NCBI RefSeq assembly: GCF_009914755.1 | Contig: NC_060926.1 | Reading direction: 5' to 3' (one strand) | Length of the DNA: 64,000 bases | Origin: the human T2T-CHM13v2.0 reference genome, Homo sapiens | Part shown: piece by piece, positions 29,076-43,145 of the stretch | How the letters are laid out: every line of letters begins with the position of its first letter | Numbering within the stretch: position 1 is the stretch's first letter | Notes under the pieces: generated by a model | Seen by the model: only the letters and a program-made list of their open reading frames with translations | Database searches by the model: none | Told to the model about the DNA's origin: nothing | Translations under genes and position numbers: made by a program

Positions 29076-29417
29076 AAGATGCTTCGTGTGAAATCACCTC
29101 TCAGTAACTGGCCTCTGTGGGTATTTTAATCAGTCCCTTATTTAGCACATGATACTGACTATCAACTTTTGTGCAGAAGAAGATGTTAGCATGGAGGAGC
29201 TGGCTTACAGAAAATATTTTAGACTTTCCGAGACACTGAAATGCCAGAGGAAGCTGGTTCTGTTTAAAACAAAACAAAGTGAAAGACATACATACAAACT
29301 ATGGCATTGGAGAAGGCATCTTGGGTGGGATGGAAGTTGTCTTTTACTGTCTGACATGGTGTTAGAATTCAGAGGACAGAATGAAAGGCAGGGGACATCC
29401 CATGATCCAAAGCTTAC

Positions 29418-29470
29418 CTGAGTATATGGTACTTTTATAACTGCATATCCTTGCAGGATCTGCAGTAAAT
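29418..29470 (-). other. Candidate internal exon, 53 nt
   Basis: ctccttttctgtttatcag|ATTTAC...ACTCAG|gtaagc; motif evidence only. Confidence 0.3.
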
Positions 29471-29986
29471 CTGATAAACAGAAAAGGAGATCTTGAGCTT
29501 CTCCCCACACCTCCAGCTCTGCATCTGGGCCTTCAATGTGATTATTTTACTCTGAGAACTGCAGCCTTCTGTTTTTCTCTCCCCCAACATCATTTTAAAG
29601 CATAGCTTTCCAAATGCCATTTCTCTTCTGAAGCCAATATATTTTTTACAGTTGGAGTTAGCTGCAATGTCTTTCACAGCTCGCAAGTCATTGGGAAGAT
29701 TTGATGTTCATTCTGCTAAAATATTGCTGCCTGAAGACTCAACTGTGAAATGCAGCTGTCTAGTGTGTTTGTACTTCGCAATATTCCCAAAACACACAGG
29801 CATGCACATGTGCACACATACATGAAAATATATGCACATTCACACATATACGCTTTTTAAATATATATTTAAAAGTTTTTAAATGAAAGCCTGTTTATTA
29901 TGGGAGGAGATTCTGCACAATTAAAGGTATCATTCATCCTGAGCAATTTTGAGGATACTAGAAAAAATGTAGACTATACAAAGCTG

Positions 29987-29990
29987 GTGT

Positions 29991-30033
<43 letters not shown>

Positions 30034-30056
30034 AGAGAGACAGAGAGAGACAGAGA
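29987..30056. repeat. (TG)n followed by (GA/GACA)n
   Basis: Directly visible. Confidence 0.95.
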
Positions 30057-30597
30057 TTAAGTCAATACACTCTCATCTAAGATTATTTACAGTCTAACTT
30101 CTTAAGCCATGATCTCTACGTTGGATAGTTGGAAACATTTTATAAAAGAGATTATTTATAGAGGACAGACTTGGGAAACAGACCGTCCTAGGTTCAGATG
30201 TTGGCTTTGTTACTTTACAAGTTGCATGAACCTGGGCAAATTGATTAGACTCATCAAGGTATACTCCTTCACTGATAAAATTGCCACCTACCTCCAATAA
30301 CTTTTCTTAGAATTAAATGTGATTAATGTGATTATATAAATAAATGTTCTTTGCACAATGTTTGACAAACATTGAGAAATAATAGCTCCCTACCCCTTCT
30401 CATCTTTTATCCGTGAGCAGAGTAATGAAATATTTCTCACCCTTCTCACATATTCCCTCTTACAAAGCCATGGAGTTCCCTAATTTGAGTGTCACTTGCA
30501 CCTCCCAGGACACAGGTTAGAAGACTGAGACAGAACTCAAGATTACCTTTCAGCAGTCCTCATTAACTATTCTGTAGGCCAATTGTGTTAAGTGATT

Positions 30598-30880
30598 ATT
30601 ATTATTATTATTTTGAGACAGGGTCTCACTCTGTTGCCCAGGCTGGAGTACAGTGGTGTGATCATGGTTCACTACAGCCTCAAATAATCCACCCACTTCA
30701 GCCTCCTGAGTAGCCGGGACTACAGGCACGTGCCACCATGCCTGGATTTTTTTTATTATTTGTAGGAAAGGGGTCTTCCTCTGTTGCCAGGGCTGGTCTT
30801 GAACTCCTAGGCTAAAGTGATCCTTGTGTCTTGGCCTTCCAAAGTTCTGGGATTGTAGGTGTGAGCCATGTGCCCAGGAA
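30598..30880 (-). mobile_element. AluJ-class SINE
   Basis: (TTA)n tail, small internal deletion, TSD TTAAGTGATT. Confidence 0.92.
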
Positions 30881-30953
30881 CATTAAGTGATTTTAGCAAG
30901 TGTAATAATTCCTAAAGATTTTGAAATTGTCATAGTTGCTCTGGATGGTCTAG

Positions 30954-31028
30954 TTAGGTTGGTGCAAAAGTAATTGTGGTTTTTGCCATTCACTTTTTTT
31001 TTTCCACAATCACTTTTGCACCAATAAA
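30954..31028. mobile_element. MADE1 (Hsmar1-derived palindromic MITE)
   Basis: TTAGGTTGGTGCAAAAGTAATTGTGGTTTTTGCCATT...CCACAATCACTTTTGCACCAA. Confidence 0.92.
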
Positions 31029-32758
31029 GCAGTTTTAGAATGAAAATTCTCCACATTTCATTTTCAGCATTGTCTTTTGGAAAAATAGTGGGAATACATT
31101 TTTGGAGGAATACATTTTTGCAACTTTTTCCAGGATCTTTGCTCTTGTTCAAAATTCATACAAAAATTGAAGATCTTCGAAATCTCTGTAAAATTGAGGG
31201 TCTCCATATATAGATTTTCAAGTGTAGAATCAATGGCATCATTGAGGTAAAGGCTTAAGTGGAATATCACCACTATAATCCTTGCTATGAATTAGATTGC
31301 CAGATGAAAAACATGGAATTCACTGCCTGTCACAAGGGACACCTCCCCACTCCAAACAGAAGAAACACACCTCTTACAGACTCATTTTTACACCCCTCAA
31401 GAGCAAATAGTCCATGCTTATTATTATTTAAAAAACCTAGAGTCCTTCCAAAATGTAATGCATTATAAAAGCCTTCACATCATGGCTAATATTGAGAAAA
31501 GATTATTTATATTTTCAACTCAGAAGCAGAGCTTGGTAAAATGCTATAGTTGTAAAATTTTGTGGCTATGTTATTCTTTTTCAAGCCAAATCTCAGGCAG
31601 AATCTACGTATATAGAAATATGACAGAAAATAAAGAGTTGCTCTAGTTGAAGTTGGAGGCTTGGCCCGTAACTGTTTGGCCTTTTTCTTGCTGCCTTGGC
31701 ACATCCTGGCTTTATCCACACCCAAGTCACCACCTCAGAAAGTGAGAGTCACACAGTACATAGTAGAGAACCTACCAGTAGAGTAGAAAGAGATCTAACT
31801 TCAAAAAAAGAACATCAACATTCTAGCGCTAGTTCTGCCAGGAACTAGGGAGATGAGTGTCCAGTGAGGGAGTTAGATGATCTCCATGGTCCTCTGTTCT
31901 GATGTTTTGTTTTTTCTTGTTGTTGTTTGTTTTGTTTTAAATTATTGGTTTTCATCAAGTCATCATCTTTGTTACCTACATATAAGCAATAAAGTTGTTA
32001 AGAGTTCTTTCTCTGTTTTTCCCATATATGCTTTCAACAAATATGGATTTAGGTGTTACGATGTTCCAGTATCTATGTTTTGTGATAACATGTTTTTTTA
32101 GAAACACTCATTGGTTTCATTTTAAAGTAGTTGAAAATGTGATCAGCATTATCTTTACCTGTTTTTTGCAGGTGTGCCATGTTTGAATAAGATTAACCAT
32201 GATGTTGGCAGCAGAGGATGGGGGCACTTCAGTACAACTGAAGCAGTCATACACCACTTCTGATTACTGGGGCGATAACTTGAACACTTAAGCAATTGCT
32301 AGAGCAGATGTACGTTTACAGGCCTCTGCTGTTGTAACCACTGCTCTGGATTCCAGTGATTTGAAACCAGTCTCCCTCCCTTTGTAACCTCTCTAAAGGC
32401 AGGCAGTGTCTCATTGGTCCCAGGGCTCTCATTGCCTACGACGGTGCCAAGCAGAGAGAAGATACTTTGTCCATGTTTGATAAACACATGAGGGTTCGAT
32501 GGCTGTAATGAGAGGAAACCCAGCAGTTAGAGTTTCCTATTCAAAAGTTCCTTCCAATTGCCATATGTGTTGTCTTATTGGGAATGCATTCTGTCAAGAT
32601 AATGGTCCATGAGAGGCTGATGAAGAAAGAGCATAGCAATTCTTGAGGCAAATCTTATAAAGCTGTCTTGTTGCCTCTTGAGAAAAAGGGGGCTACATTT
32701 CCTAAGATTCTGAGTCAGGCTGTCCAAAGGTATCTGCCCACCAAAGTACCTTTCTATC

Positions 32759-32983
32759 CCAGGGTCAGCAAACATTTTCTGTAAAGGACTAGATACAAAC
32801 ATTTTAGGCTTTCTAAGCCATATGGTCTCTGTCACAACTACTCAACTCTCCTGTCATGGCATGAATGCAGCCATAGATAATATGCAAATGAATGAGCATA
32901 GCTATGTTTAAATAAAACATTATTTTTGAAGTCAAATGGCAGGCTGGATTTGGCCCGTGGGTTTTAGTTTTTGTCGATTCCTC
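32759..32983. mobile_element. MER58A (hAT-Charlie MITE)
   Basis: CAGGGTCAGCAAACATTTTCTGTAAAGG...GCAGCCATAGATAATATG...GGCAGGCTGGATTTGGCCCGTGGG; opposite orientation to the 5154 copy. Confidence 0.88.
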
Positions 32984-33154
32984 TTCTAGCTTATAGTCTA
33001 GAAGTTTCACAAAGTTCTCTTAAACTCCAATTTAGTCTTTCCTTATCTGCCACTCATGAGAATAGATAAAATAAATGATCACAGGATATTTCTTGGCCTT
33101 GTAAGATCAGATATTCTTCCTGTTCCATGCTCTTCTAAAATTTAAAACATTCTC

Positions 33155-33450
33155 GACGAGGCACAGTGGCTCACGCCTGTAATCCCAGCACACTTTGTGG
33201 GAGGCTGGGAGGATCACTTGGGCTCTGGAGTTTGAGACCATTCTGGGCAACATAATGAGACTCTGTCTCTACAAAAAGTTTTTAAAACTTAGCCAGGAAT
33301 GGTGATGCACGTCTGTAATCCTAGCTACTCAGGAGACTGATGGGAGAGGATCACCTAAGTCCAGGAGACTGAGGCTGCAGTGAGCTATGATCATGCCACT
33401 GTACTCTAGCCTGGGTGACAGAGCAAGATCTTGCCTAAAAAAGAAAAAAA
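33155..33450 (+). mobile_element. AluJ-class SINE
   Basis: Diverged dimer; near-TSD AAAACA[T/G]TCTC. Confidence 0.92.
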
Positions 33451-36400
33451 ATTCCAAAACAGTCTCAAAGAGGCCTGCAAACCCCTGGTAGTTTACATTC
33501 TCAAGGTTATCTCTGTCCTACACATTTCGATCCAGATTTGAGTTTTCACCCTTTTATTATTTCCATAAAGGGACAGTCAAAAGAACTAACCATTACATTT
33601 ATTCAAAACAGGAATATAACACTCTTTCCTGAGTATTTTAGGGGAGGAGAAAAGAGGAGTTATACTGCAAAACTGCAGCTATCTTTTAAGTGAACATTAA
33701 GCATTCCACTTTTTAAATTGTTCTTCAGCTACCTTAAAACTAGCAGGCATTCATTGACTATTTCCCCTACATCACACTGAACTTACACTAACCTGCTTTA
33801 TCCATACTTCTTCCTCATCTACCCAAATGTAAAACCAAAACCTTTTCTGTGCCTTCTGCAGAACAGTTTTGGTTGCCTTGGCTCTTAGCACATCCATCTA
33901 ACCCTGTTGTTCTCTTCCACCCACGTAATTTACCCAGTCATTTCACCAGGAAAAATCAGTCTCTCCCTAAGTAGAATCTGCGGGGTGATGGGTCAAGCAT
34001 GCTCTCCCACATTACGTGTACATGCTATTGGCCAGACACTGTCTTCCAGCATCCTACTTACTTATGAAAGTCAAAGTCTAAAGTGAACAGGTATTTTACT
34101 CCTGAGGATTGCCTCTAGAAACGAATTCTCTCTGCTGGCTCCTCCTCCAGTAGCATGTAATTCATGGCTCACAGCCTACCAGGTCTAGGAGGGCTTCTAG
34201 GCACTTGTTGAGTGCAGTCTCTTTATTTGCAGGAGGAAAAAATCTGAAGTTCAGTAAGGAGAATTAGATTGCTTAAAACTCAGTTAGGATTTACAATGTA
34301 GGACTAGGACCCAAGTCTAAAATTTTCTGCCATAGAAGACAGCAATATTTATCAAGTTATATATCTACAAAATTGCTAGGTAGCATTATTATTATTTGTA
34401 CATATAGTTTATTGCTCATTGACTGGTACTTTCATTGTATCACTGTACTCATTATTTTTATCAAAATTTAATTCTTTTAATAATCATTTTTATAACAGTT
34501 TCTGAAATGGGATATTAAATGTAGTATGAGCAGAAGCTGCAGGAGGAAGGGAGCTAGAAAGATGCCTTTCTTCCTGGTGTGGTAAAGGGCATGGTTCCGG
34601 AGGGGTGATGACAATGAAAAAAGACAAGAAGTTTCATGAAAAAGTGTTTTATTCTGTGATCTCTTCTGTTTTTTTTTTTTAAAGTTTTCCTAATCTTTTG
34701 AGACATATATTTTCTATAATAAAGCCTTATGCTTATGTAACTCTTGATGTTTTTCAAAGTGCTACCATATATCATATCATTTGATCCTCACCAAAGTTTT
34801 TGAACCATAGTGAATACACCAAGCTGTAAGTCACCTTAAAAGACTCCATGCCAACAACCAACCTGCTTTCTTCACTGACACCCAGACTATGCCCTGCACA
34901 TTCTTTCAAACTTCAGCAATACACAGACACAAAGACACAAGCTGGTGCTCTTTTTCTCTCTCCCTCTCTCACCCTTTTCTTCTTTCATAAATATTTGTCA
35001 ACAGTCATGAAACAGAGAAATTTGCAGACTTTATCTGACATCAGAATGTGCTTTTCTGAAAATAGATGCACTGAATGAGATAATGACTTTGGAATTACCC
35101 TATATGAATCATTAAATTATTCAGCCAATGTGTACATTCTTTTTATGCTCAGAATCTCTTTCCTTTAATCACCTCAAGACGGGGAAGGAGTATAATACTT
35201 AGAAGAGGAATCTGGAGATGCCATGATGTGGGGTGGTCAAAATTATCTCTAGGTTTTCTTAGAATATTCCACCATCCTCAGCCAAACTGGACCAAAAAGT
35301 TATTTCAATCAGTGATTCCGTTATATGGGGGAGTCTATTTAATTTTTAGAAGCAGTAGTGTAATGGATGGACAGTAATGACATGCTTTCTGGCTGGTTTA
35401 TAACAAAGAATGCATTTGTTTTCTCATCCTCACATCTTTTACTGCTTGAATTTCCTTCCCTATGTGTTCTAGATGAAGCTTTATTTGGTGCTGCTCTGAT
35501 AATCACATAATATCCCTTTTCCCCCCTTCTTTTGGCCTGCTTGTGTACCTGTTCTCTCTGTATTTGAAATTAAACCAACCCAATGCTATAATTGAGAGAA
35601 AGAGCTTCTGTTTTAATTAGTCTCAGTAATAGATATGACAATAAGCAGGGCTCGTTCACAGCCATTACATCAAGCAATGGAACCATCAGATCGCTGATCC
35701 TAACACCATGAAAGCTGTCACCCTGAAGCGCTCTCTGATGGGGTACTTACTGTCTCCAATTACAGTTGTTTCTCCATTATCCATAGTTGAGGGGGTGAAG
35801 TAGAGGAGAAGATGGTGCCTCCATAGAATTTGGTGTGGGCAGAAGGATACGGGATGTGGAATGGGGAGTTGGGATTTGCTTACTAGCTCTCCCCCTCCAC
35901 CGGCTAGGTGATTTTGGATGTCTTTCTCAATATTCTTATCTATAAATCAGATATGATAATCCACGTGCTGCCTAAACTAGCAGTTTTTGTAAACACTCAA
36001 GTACTGCAGGATTTGAAGATTGTTAGGCGTCTCTACTTTGCCATTCAAATTGCTTCCTTTGCTGAGTGGAAATATGTATTCAATTTGGGTTCCATCTAAT
36101 TTTCATACCCATTTCCTGATAGCATTCAGTGGTCAAAAGGAAATGTAAGGAGGAAAGAGAGATGTAAAGGGAAAGTCTAATCTGCAGACTTGATGATCAG
36201 TGTTTACAGAATTCGTATTTGCTTCAAAGGACAGCCGTGACTTTAAGAAAATCCAAGATGGCCCCCCTCAGCAATTTAGAGTCATTTCAGCACTTGGAAG
36301 TCTCTGGAATTGCAACCAAACTAGTAATTTCCTCCACCCTTTTAAATATGTATATAAATAAAAAGAGGCTTTATTGGTTAAAAAAGAACATCTGAGCATT

Positions 36401-37635
36401 TAGTGACCAAGAAAATTTTCTGCAGTGTAGAAGTATATTTTGCATTAAATTTTAAATAAAGCATTCATTTATTCATTATTACCTTTTAAGGGCAACAAGT
36501 AAGTGCTACACGCTGGGCTTGGCCCTGAGATAACAGAGCTATTTTGTTAAGCTATGGAGTCTAGTTAGAGAGTCAGCTTTGGAAGGCAGGGCGACAGTGC
36601 TGAGCGCTGGGTCAATACGGAGTGCCAGGCTGCTCAGAAGGAAGGAGGGGTGAGTTGTGGGCTTCTTGGCTATGGAGACGAGGAGAATAGGAACATTCTA
36701 AGCAAGCCCAGTCAGCCAGTGAGAAAGTGGAACCAGGGCAAAGTGTCAGAGAGTGAGGCCTCTTTAATTAATGACACTTTAAGAAATATTAACTATTTCA
36801 GGAAATCAGTCCTGAAAAGAGATTTTGCCTCCTGACCATGAGGAATAAATACAGATTTATTATATTTACAAAGCTGCCTTTTCAAGTGGTTGACTTAGAG
36901 GATCAGGGAATCTCTGTCTCTTTGTAGAAATTAACTTCAAATAATAACTAACTCCTTTTATGTATTTACCAGGAACATTTTTGTCTTTTGGTTGGTTTGT
37001 TTTTTATTGATTGGTGCTTAATGGAAGGCCCAGTGAGACATTTGTAGCTAAATTTGTTAGGAGCCACTTCCAATTAAAGTTCATTTGTAATGAAGATAAA
37101 TGATAATCTGAGTTAATAGGAAGACAGTATTCAACATTACCTTAAAAATGATTTACACAGAACAATTTAGGAGCCTTTCTAGTGCATAAATTAAGGTGAA
37201 TATATGATTAAACCTCAAACTATCAAAGCCTCTCATTTAATTTGATATGCAAGGTGAAATATCATTATAAGGAACAGGATCCTGATTCTATTTGAAAGTA
37301 ACTTTTTCTAAAAGCCTACAAGGCAAAAACGTTGGGCCAACTGGGAGGGAGCCCAGGGCTTATGCTGAAGTTTTCTGTATTTTGCTGTGCTCTTCTTCCA
37401 GCCCCCAAAATGCACAATTCCTTTGCCTAGTGGGTAAGCCCCCTTCTAGAGTGTAAACTTAACTGGGAGTGGGGTGGGATCCTGCCTCTGACCATACTTC
37501 AGCCTCAGTATCTAAAATAATACCTGGCACTATTAGGCACTAGTAGGTGTGCAACTAATATTAGTTGTATAAATGAAAGGATGGATGAGTGTGTGAATAT
37601 AATAAAAGAGTAAAAAAACAAATGGTAGTTCTTCC

Positions 37636-37790
37636 TGTATATATATATCCTTGTTGATTTACATTGATGTGTACATATAGACATATATACTGATTTACAT
37701 TGAGATATATATACGTGTGTATATATATGTATATATGTGTATATATGTGTGTATATATATGTATATATGTGTATATATATGTATATATGT
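37636..37790. repeat. (TA)/(TATG)-type microsatellite with embedded unique motifs
   Basis: Directly visible. Confidence 0.93.
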
Positions 37791-37799
37791 AAATTTACC

Positions 37800-37945
37800 A
37801 ATGTAAATCAACAAGGGTAGCTTTAAAAAATACTGATGCCTATGTCCCGCCCCCAGATAATCTTATTTAATTGATCTCGGATTTGGCCCAAGGGTTGGGA
37901 TTTATAAGTCTTCCCAGGGTTCTAATGTGCAGGTCTAGGTGGAGT
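37800..37945. mobile_element. MER5A-like hAT MITE
   Basis: AGCTTTAAAAAATACTGATGCC...CCCCAGATAATCTTATTTAATTG...TTCTAATGTGCAG. Confidence 0.75.
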
Positions 37946-38623
37946 CAATGTGGTATCCTTGTCTCGGAAGGCCTGGGGCCTCTATTTCTGTTCAATTTCA
38001 TTCATAGACATTGACCTACCAATATTTGTGATCTTGATAAGAAATAGCGCTTCTGGTTTAACTTTTTATTCCTCCCTGTCACAGTAAGCCACGAAGTCAT
38101 TTCACCTACATTGTAAAATAGTGCTACCTACTAGGAGATCTTCCACAAGTCACTTAACTTACTTGAACCTCAGAATTTAGAAAATGGATATAATCTCTTC
38201 CTTGCCTACACTACTATGTTTTTGGGAAGTTCAATTAAGATAATAGATGCAAAAAGTTTTAAAACATTATAAAATGTAATATTATAAAATTTAAGCAATT
38301 GTTAGTGTTTAGGAAAGCATAAATATGTTCATGATTAATTTGTAATTTTAAGGAGATGGAATTTGAAAATACCTGAGAATGTTATGGAATGTTACAGAAT
38401 TCGGCTTCATAAATTAAGAAAGATGTCCTAGCTCTGTTAGCTTCTATTCATAATGGATATAACTACTTAAACTCTTTGAACTTCAATTTCAAAGATACCT
38501 CCTGTCTCAAAAAGCTGTGAGAATTGGACACATTTCAGAAGAGTGCTATGTGAGCTCTAAAGCATTATATTAAAAAAGCCTGTTACTTTGTTTTTGTTGT
38601 TGTTATAATATTTTTATCCCACT

Positions 38624-39515
<892 letters not shown>

Positions 39516-41265
39516 TACTCAGTAATACTGGGTGATTTGAATAATTTAAGTTGAGGCATGGTTGAAACCAATAACACAGCAATGGTTGAGATTTAGCTTG
39601 CAATGGTTGAAATATAGTTTGCAATTCCAAGTATTAGTTTATTAAGGAGAAATTGTATCTACTTCACCCAGACAAAAGCAAACAATGGGCCAAAACCTTC
39701 ATCTTTTTCTCCTACGTACTCAAGAAACCAGGAAAGCATACAGCATTTGCTAGCCCTAAAATAGAGGATCACCTGACTAGTCAGTTTACTGAAGCTAACC
39801 AGTCAATTTGAATTTTTCAAGCCAAAATGTGATTTATTTTCTTTTTAAAGAAAATCTCTTCTGCCCTAAGGAAGCTTTTATTTTCTTGTCAGGCCATTTA
39901 CTTTTATTTGTGACTGACGGATTGCCATCTTTGTCAACCATCACCCTGATGACAGTTGGACATCTCTTGCCCCTCAGAAACAGCTCCCAAATTCCTAAAG
40001 TAGCATCCTTGTCATCAACACAGTGGGAATGGCTTATCTGATGAAGCCCCACTGAATCGAAGACTGTTTCATACTTCTGTTCTCTCTCTCTTGTTCTGAT
40101 CTAACTAAGTGATATATCTAATTGGATTTAAACACAGGGATTTTATGGAGTAACTATAGTCTCTGTACGAGCAGACATTTAGACCCCTGTAGTTCCCTAC
40201 GTTTTTATCCTCTAAGGCACTCCTTATTTCCTGTAAATTTAGTTGTTGCAAGTAGATCATTAGGTCATGGGTCACGCACTGTTACAAAAGGAAGTTAAAA
40301 AAAGATAGAGGCACTGCTCTCCATGCTAGAAATTAGCCAGGTGCACCATTATGTAAAGAGCTTCAACTAGAGAGCACAGTAATTAAAATAACAATGAAAC
40401 AATAGCTTATGCAACACTTTGCAAATATGATATTTTCATTTGCGGTATTGTACAAACCAAGCACATCAAGCAGCAATGTTAAGTAATTTGCAAAAGACCA
40501 AGGGGAAGTGAATGAGGACACTGGAATGGAGTCTGTTTCATGCTATGCCAATCAAAGGCCTATTGTATACAAGGGGGTGTTGCTGTCTGTGGAGGTATCT
40601 GGATGACTTGTATCTCCCAGGATGTTATAGGTTAGCAAAATAAACAGTGTATGATCTAGAAAGGGAAAGGAGAGGTAGAAAAATCTGCTCATTGGCATGG
40701 AGTGTTGAAGATAAAGTTCTCATTTTGCAAGTCCCAAAATGATGCTTTTTTTCAGTGCACCCAGAAATGATCAGATGTGAAGGACCAGATCATGATTATC
40801 AAGCTCACAGGAGATTTATTTTTAAGTGACTGACAATATAATATTTAAGTAGTTGACAATAAAGTCATGTACACCATTCTAGTTATTAGACTATTCTTCT
40901 ATACTATGCAGAGAACCCCTTTTCAGGTATTAAGATAAAAATAATCAATTTCTAAATAAAGGGTTTCTTGTGTTCTCGTCTTTTGGTTTCTTTGTATCAG
41001 CTTGCTCATTTCTACTCTGAATTTGGCATATCCCACCAATTACTGCATGCACAATTAATCTACTGGCAAAAAAAAATTGGAGAAGAAAGAATTTGGAAAG
41101 CATGAACACAAAGTTTTCCTTAGTCTATGAACTTTGTTTTGACTTGCTATTTGACCTGGTATGCTGTGGACCAGCCAAAGTGAGATGACCTCCTCAGTGC
41201 CACCCAAGCAAGTCTCACTAAAATCCTCTTCTCTTTGGTTGAAATTTTTGGAATGACCAATCATC

Positions 41266-41592
41266 TTTTTTTTTTTTTTTTTTTTTTTTTTGAGACAAGT
41301 TCTGGCTCTGTCGCCCAGGCTGGAGTGCGGTGGCGTGATCTTGGCTCACTGCATGATCGTGGCTCACTGCAACCTCCACCTCCAGGACTCAAGTGATCCT
41401 CCCACCTCAGCCTCCTGAGCAGCTGGGACTACAGGCACATGCCACCATGCCTGGCTAATTTTTGTATTTTTTGTAGAGACAAGGTTTCATCATGTCACCC
41501 AGGATGGTCTTAAACTCTTGAGCTCAAGCAATCCTCCCGCCTCAGCCTCCCAAAGTGCTGGGATTACAGGTGTGAGCCACCACGCCCGGACT
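41266..41592 (-). mobile_element. AluJ-class SINE with internal 18-bp tandem duplication
   Basis: Long T tail; TGATC[T/G]TGGCTCACTGCA twice (41336-41371). Confidence 0.94.
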
Positions 41593-41855
41593 AATCCTTT
41601 ATTTTTATCTGTGAATGTATATTCATGATACAGGAGCTTATATGGTGGGACTGGAATCATTTGTTCAATTATCCCTGACTGCATTACCTGCTGATGATTG
41701 GTAGGATTGTAAGTGGTGTGCAGAAGAATGCAGTCTTGGGACTCATCAAAGACCACCTTAACAAAGACCACCTCAAAGACCCTCCTCAAAGACCACCACA
41801 TTCCACACTCTAGGAGCTGCAAATGGAAATGACAGTTTATGGTTACATGGCCTAA

Positions 41856-42116
41856 TAGTATTATTTTATTTTTTTAACTGACAAAAGTTGTATGTATTTA
41901 TGATATACATCATGATATTTTGATAGATGTGTACATTATGGAATGACTACAGCTAATGAACATATGCATTGCCTCACACACTTATCATTTTTTTTTGTGG
42001 TGAGAACATTTAAAATCTACACTCAGCAATTTTCAAGTATACAATACATAGGCCACCGTGTTATATAATACATCTCCTGAACTTACTCCTCCTAATGAAA
42101 ATTTTGTATTCTTTGA
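41856..42116 (-). mobile_element. 5'-truncated L1MA-type 3' end
   Basis: TTTGTGGTGAGAACATTTAAAATCTAC...AGCAATTTTCAAGTATACAATACA; 17-bp TSD ATGGT[T/C]ACATGGCCTAA at 41839-41855 and 42117-42133. Confidence 0.85.
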
Positions 42117-42479
42117 ATGGTCACATGGCCTAAATAACTGAATTATATGTGCCATATATCCACAAAAATTATTTACTTTACATTATTGAATTACTTATTA
42201 GAATTTGAGGCCATTATACTACAGTTTACAATAGTGAACAAAATATTCCCCACCTTTATTCCCAGTAGAAGACAAACAGTCTGCAATTCTTTCCTTTAGA
42301 TCTGCCTCCAATATCCTAGATCTTGTGACATTAAAGCTAATCAAATGGCTTGATAAAATGGGAATTTTCAAAGCATAAGTGTAAAGAAACCTGCAGCTAT
42401 AGTGCTGACAGCACCGGTCATTGAAAATTAATCTTGTGGGTTTATATGACAGCACTGATACTGATAGGTATCTATTCTT

Positions 42480-43145
42480 TTGCTTAGTCATCGTTTATTT
42501 ATTGAGCACCTACTAATGGCTGACATGGAGGTGGGCCCTGGAGGTAAAAGGCTGAGTAAAACAGATATGATTCTTTCCTCAGGGATTTTATTGTCAGGTG
42601 AGGGAAGTAGCCATTATTCAAATAACCCCACATATACATTTCTAATTCTAGCAAGTATTGTGAAGGAAATTAAAGGGTGATTATTTAAACACAAACAAGG
42701 GTGGGAAAGCGTTTGATCTGAGAGCTGAAGGGCAAATGAGAATGAACTATTCAGGGGCCAGGTGTGGTGGTTCACCCTTATAATCCTGGTACTTTGGGAG
42801 GCTGAGGCAGGAGGATTGCTGGGGGCAGGAGTTTAGACCAGCTTGGGCAACATAGTGAGACCTTATCTTTACAAAAATAAAGTTAAAAAATAAGAAGGAT
42901 GAACTAACGGAAGAGACATGGGGGAAGGAGTGGAAGGAAAAAATCCTAGGTAAGGAAACAACATGACAATGTTGTCTTTCTCATGACAGGCTTTCTCAGA
43001 AACAAAAGAACAGTGCAACTGGAATACAGTCTGTGAGGAGGAAGGCCTTTCATGTGGAGGCAAGAGAGATTAGTCAAAGTCCAGAGATCACTCGTATGGC
43101 AGGCCTTTTGAAAGATTTTGCTCTTTTTCCTAATGACAAAGCCTT
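42480..43145 (-). mobile_element. L2 fragment with nested Alu monomer
   Basis: TATTTATTGAGCACCTACT antisense L2 terminus and purine-rich body. Confidence 0.65.
42756..42893 (+). mobile_element. FLAM-like free left Alu monomer
   Basis: Single monomer then A-rich tail, no right arm. Confidence 0.85.
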
